From positions 14,591 through 78,590 of the forward strand of contig DF236992.1 in NCBI GenBank assembly GCA_000708835.1: a stretch of 64,000 nucleotides of DNA, in the 5' to 3' direction. The notes beneath the pieces were generated by a model. The model made no database searches. It worked only from the letters and a program-made list of their open reading frames with translations, and was not told where the DNA came from. Shown here in pieces: positions 60,401-64,000 of the stretch. Source of the stretch: Klebsormidium nitens (Eukaryota > Plantae > Klebsormidiophyceae). Position numbers and translations under genes: made by a program. Each line of letters starts with the position of its first letter. The stretch's first letter is position 1.

Positions 60401-62084
60401 TCAGCCTCTTTCTCAGCCACCCCGGTCCCTTAGGCCACGATGCTGTGTTGAAAAGCTGTGGCAGCATGCTTCGGATTTGGCCCCCCTTATCTCGGACTTG
60501 CTCTATTCTCCGTCGGTAGTTCTAACAATTTCAGAGTTGAGTGTTGAGGTCCAGTTCGTCCCCTTGTGGTGCAGACTTTCCCTTCCGCTTATCTATGCCT
60601 TAGCCCCCGCTCTTTACTGAGCCCTCTCACCCCCGTTCTTCTCAGGTACGAGTCGGGCATCGAGGTGAACGAGGAGGTGGTCCTGATGACCACCAAGGGC
60701 GAGGCGATCGCGCTCGGCGTCGCCCAGATGACGACAGCTGTCATGGCCACGTGTGACCACGGGGTAGTGGCGAAAGTGAAGCGGGTGGTGATGGAGCGAG
60801 ACACCTACCCCCGCAAATGGGGCCTTGGCCCCACCGCCCAGAGCAAGAAGAAGCTCATCGCCGAGGGGCTGCTCGACAAGCACGGGAAGCCGAACGAGAA
60901 GACCCCCCCGGAGTGGATGCGCAACGTGCCGCTGCTGACGGGGGGCGACACAGAGGCCGCAGGTGGGCCTGCTTGTGGGCTGCTTTCTGTTCAGATCCGC
61001 ATTCAGAAAGAGCTCAACTTTGGAGTATCTTTGCCGCATGCAAAACTTTCTCAGGTATTCAGAGAGGTTGGTTTGATCTGGCTCAGAATGACGCTGGCAG
61101 TATGCCTAACAATCAAGAGGAAGGGGCCAGGGAGGGCTGCGTTTTTGTCAGGGCATGGTGTCTGTTTTGGCGGGGCAAGGAAGGGTCGGATGTTTTGACG
61201 GCCTTCCTGTGTCGGGGCGATTCCAGGGTGGTGGGTTTTTATGGTCTTGGCCTTGCTGCTGAATATATCCAGACTTTGTATGAGGTCCGCTTTCGTGGTT
61301 GGTGAGGGTTGGTTGGCTCCATTTGCACGGGAACTTCTTTCCTGACGATGGGAACGAGGGAGACTTGGAACGTTTCCATTTGGGAGGTGACGTCACTCGC
61401 TCGTTTTGTTGGACTCCAATGGAGGCGCTTGTGACTTTGCTCGCAACTTTTTGACGTGAATGGCAGGTCCAGCTGTGACCATTTGGAGACGTCACAGCCG
61501 GCAGACTTAATGACTGGCAGTACAGTGACGCATGCGGATGTCGTCGACATCTGGTTGACCAGTCTGGAAGTTTTGCGCAAGAACGCGGGAAGTCCGCCCC
61601 TCACGAGCTAAATGTATTCGCACCTGGTAATCATAAGATTTGTGCGCCCGCACAAATTGATAAGCTTGAAAACGTTCGTTCCGTCACAATTCTTGACTGT
61701 CCTGCTCCGTCTTCTGCAGCTGCCGCCACTCCGGTTGCAACAAAGGGCGATGTTGACGAGGAGCCCAAAACGGAGGAGAAGAAGAAGAAAAAGAAGAAGG
61801 ACAAAGGGGGGGAAGAGGCGGTGGAGGCAGCTGCGGAGGCCGCAGGGGGGGATGAGGAAGGGGCGACCGCAAAGAAGCGGAAGAAGAAGGACCGGTCGCC
61901 GGAGCCGGAGGGGGCTTCGACGGAGAAGAAGAAAAAGAAGAAGGTGGAGGAGGAGGATGGGGGGGATGCGGAGAAGAGCGAGAAGAAGAAAAAGAAGAGC
62001 AAGGGGGACGGGGAAGAAGCGGGTACCGGGGTGGAGGGAACCAGTAGCGAGAAGAAGAAGAAGAAAAAGAAGGAGGAAAGTTGA
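57446..62084 (+). CDS. CBF5: H/ACA RNP pseudouridine synthase dyskerin/CBF5/NAP57, ~557 aa; exons 57446-58304, 59716-59848, 60646-60962, 61720-62084
   Basis: [40 protein letters not shown], catalytic [37 protein letters not shown] region [10 protein letters not shown]...[12 protein letters not shown], and a Lys/Glu-rich tail. All junctions in phase. Confidence 0.97.
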
Positions 62085-64000
62085 GCGAAGGGCTAGCTTT
62101 TGTTGCCCTCCGAGATCCATGTGTGTATATTATCCAAAGTCTGGCCAAATGCGTCCCAGGTTCCAACATTTGTCGCTCGAATTCAGGGTCATTCTGTCAG
62201 TCAACCTGGTATTATGGGTGGTGCTTATCCACTGCATGCATCGAGTGCCAATTTCACGCTTGCATAGATGCTGTGAGCACACATGTACCCTCTGATGCAT
62301 GTGGAAGACGGGCGCAAAATTCACAATCATCGTGCACATGCATTAGTTGGTCCGGTAAGAGCAATTGTCTGCACCCCGCTTCTTTGGTACGATCTACATG
62401 TACACAGCCTCAATGACAAGGTAACACTATGCATCCACCTTGATGTTCTCTTTTCAAAACGCCGTAGCCACAGATCGGCCATATTATTTGGTAGGCTTCC
62501 ATGGCATACCTACATTCAGACAACAATATCATATTAGGGTACGGGTCGAGTCTTGAAAGTTTGGTAACTTCGGAAGTTCGACGGATTCGTCATGATTTGA
62601 GAAGACGTCAGGTTGACGCGTTAGCACAAGTATAGCTCGCGCATGCATGAATGCACAGGGCAACATGGCGTCAGATACCATACCTACCGTACCTCCCTAG
62701 TGAGTACCTACGAGTACCTTGAGTCTAGACTCTAGACCCTACCTATTTGAAGGTAACCATTAAAAGTGAAAGGTACCGTCTAGGAATCGCGATCTAAATA
62801 GGTTGCTGAAGGTACCGTTGCGCAGGGACAAGCTGGGTACTCATGAGTCATGACTGCTTGATACCCACAGACACACCGGTAGGTACCGGATATAAATCTA
62901 TTGTAACCTCCCCCGCCAGCTCCCCGTGATCGGCTGGCCGCTGCACAGTGCACAGTCACTGCACACTGCACTCCGTACTGCACAGTGCAATCCGTATGGT
63001 CGATTATGAACTTGGAACGTTACAGCCGGTTTGGGTAGGTAATATTAAATAGACGTACAGTATTAGGTACCGGTCACATTGGTTTCGTCAGCTGAGCCCG
63101 GGGTGACCAGCGCGCGCGCCCGGCTGGGACCGGGACCGCTCAGAGCAAGTGTTCTCCACGAACCGGTGTTGTAAGTGGTGGAGCGGGTAGCGAAGGCACC
63201 CAGCCGGCTGGTCGATCCCCGGCTGGAAAATTGACTGAAATTATCGATCTGGTTGACACACGTACTGTCCAAAGAGTCAAAGACCCGGTGAAATCACCGA
63301 AATCCGGGGACTTCGGACAAACCGGTGAAAAGTAATCCTCAGCCGGCAGAAACGAAGGGTACCCGGTGCCGGCATCAGCCAAACAAAGTTTCGGTGGCAA
63401 TCGGCTGGCAAGGAGCCTGAGTCCTGACTCCTGACGTAACGCTTTATCGTGGTAAACTTAGAATTGAAGGAACCTGGAAGCTGTGGACATCTAAGATATA
63501 CACAATCGAAACAAGCGCGGGGACATCTCGGGAAGGTTGAAAGTCCTTGTGACGTATTATGTACGGTAGACCTCAAACTGTGACGTCGGATATTTGCAGT
63601 TGTGAACTTGTGACTCGTGACTCGTGAGTCGTATACCGCCTACCTGTCAGCTACAGCCTACATCCTGCCCTGGAACACCCTTGAAATTAAACCCGTCGCA
63701 CTCGAGATTCGGGTATCGATTGAGATCCTTAAAAGGTTTACAGAACGTATGAGTCGTGACGTACGCTAGTTTTTTGACCTGGGCCGTACTACCCGGAAGG
63801 TAGGTATACTTGGGCGGCTGGCTTTTAGTAAAAGATAGAAATTGAGTATAAGGCGGTGTCACCTATGAGGTATACGTACGGCACAAGGAAGAGGACGGTA
63901 CACTCGGTGACGTACCTACGGAGGTTACGCAGTCGTGCACCGGGGTGCCATCCGGGAAGCAACCGCGACCTTCCTGTGACATTAGGGTCTCGCAAGCAGC

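Noticed and set aside
58305-61719. Intronic snoRNAs in the dyskerin gene (its animal orthologue hosts H/ACA snoRNAs)
   Set aside because: No RTGATGA...CTGA pair found on the sense strand by eye. H/ACA RNAs cannot be called without folding, so a snoReport/Infernal scan is needed.

Overview
Eukaryotic nuclear DNA with intron-rich genes (GT-AG introns, GC-rich exons). Gene content and style point to a streptophyte green alga, probably Klebsormidium-like (inference). I assembled exon chains by hand and checked reading phase at each junction. Genes: 3' part of TTI1; an intronless ~769-aa unknown protein; a thylakoid TPM-domain protein; a receptor-like kinase with two tandem 12-Cys SPARK-type ectodomains; two tightly linked unknown genes; a 7TM-RGS (RGS1-like) with a ~250-aa tail; an F-box/kelch protein; a small Cys/His zinc-finger-like protein preceded by a second ORF; a 3-hydroxyisobutyrate-dehydrogenase-like enzyme; a COX14-like microprotein; complex I subunit NDUFB4; and dyskerin/CBF5. 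There are also MITE-like elements and a 198-N assembly gap. The most interesting signal is candidate bicistronic mRNAs. The best case is COX14-like followed by NDUFB4: one predicted intron shrinks the spacer to 59 nt and leaves no AUG between the two start codons. A second case lies at 44.7-45.6 kb and a weaker third at 25.7-29.6 kb. Other notable items are the double-SPARK kinase and a ~107-bp tandem repeat that multiplies a TTI1 splice donor five times. No database searches were run; family assignments rest on recalled sequences and motifs.
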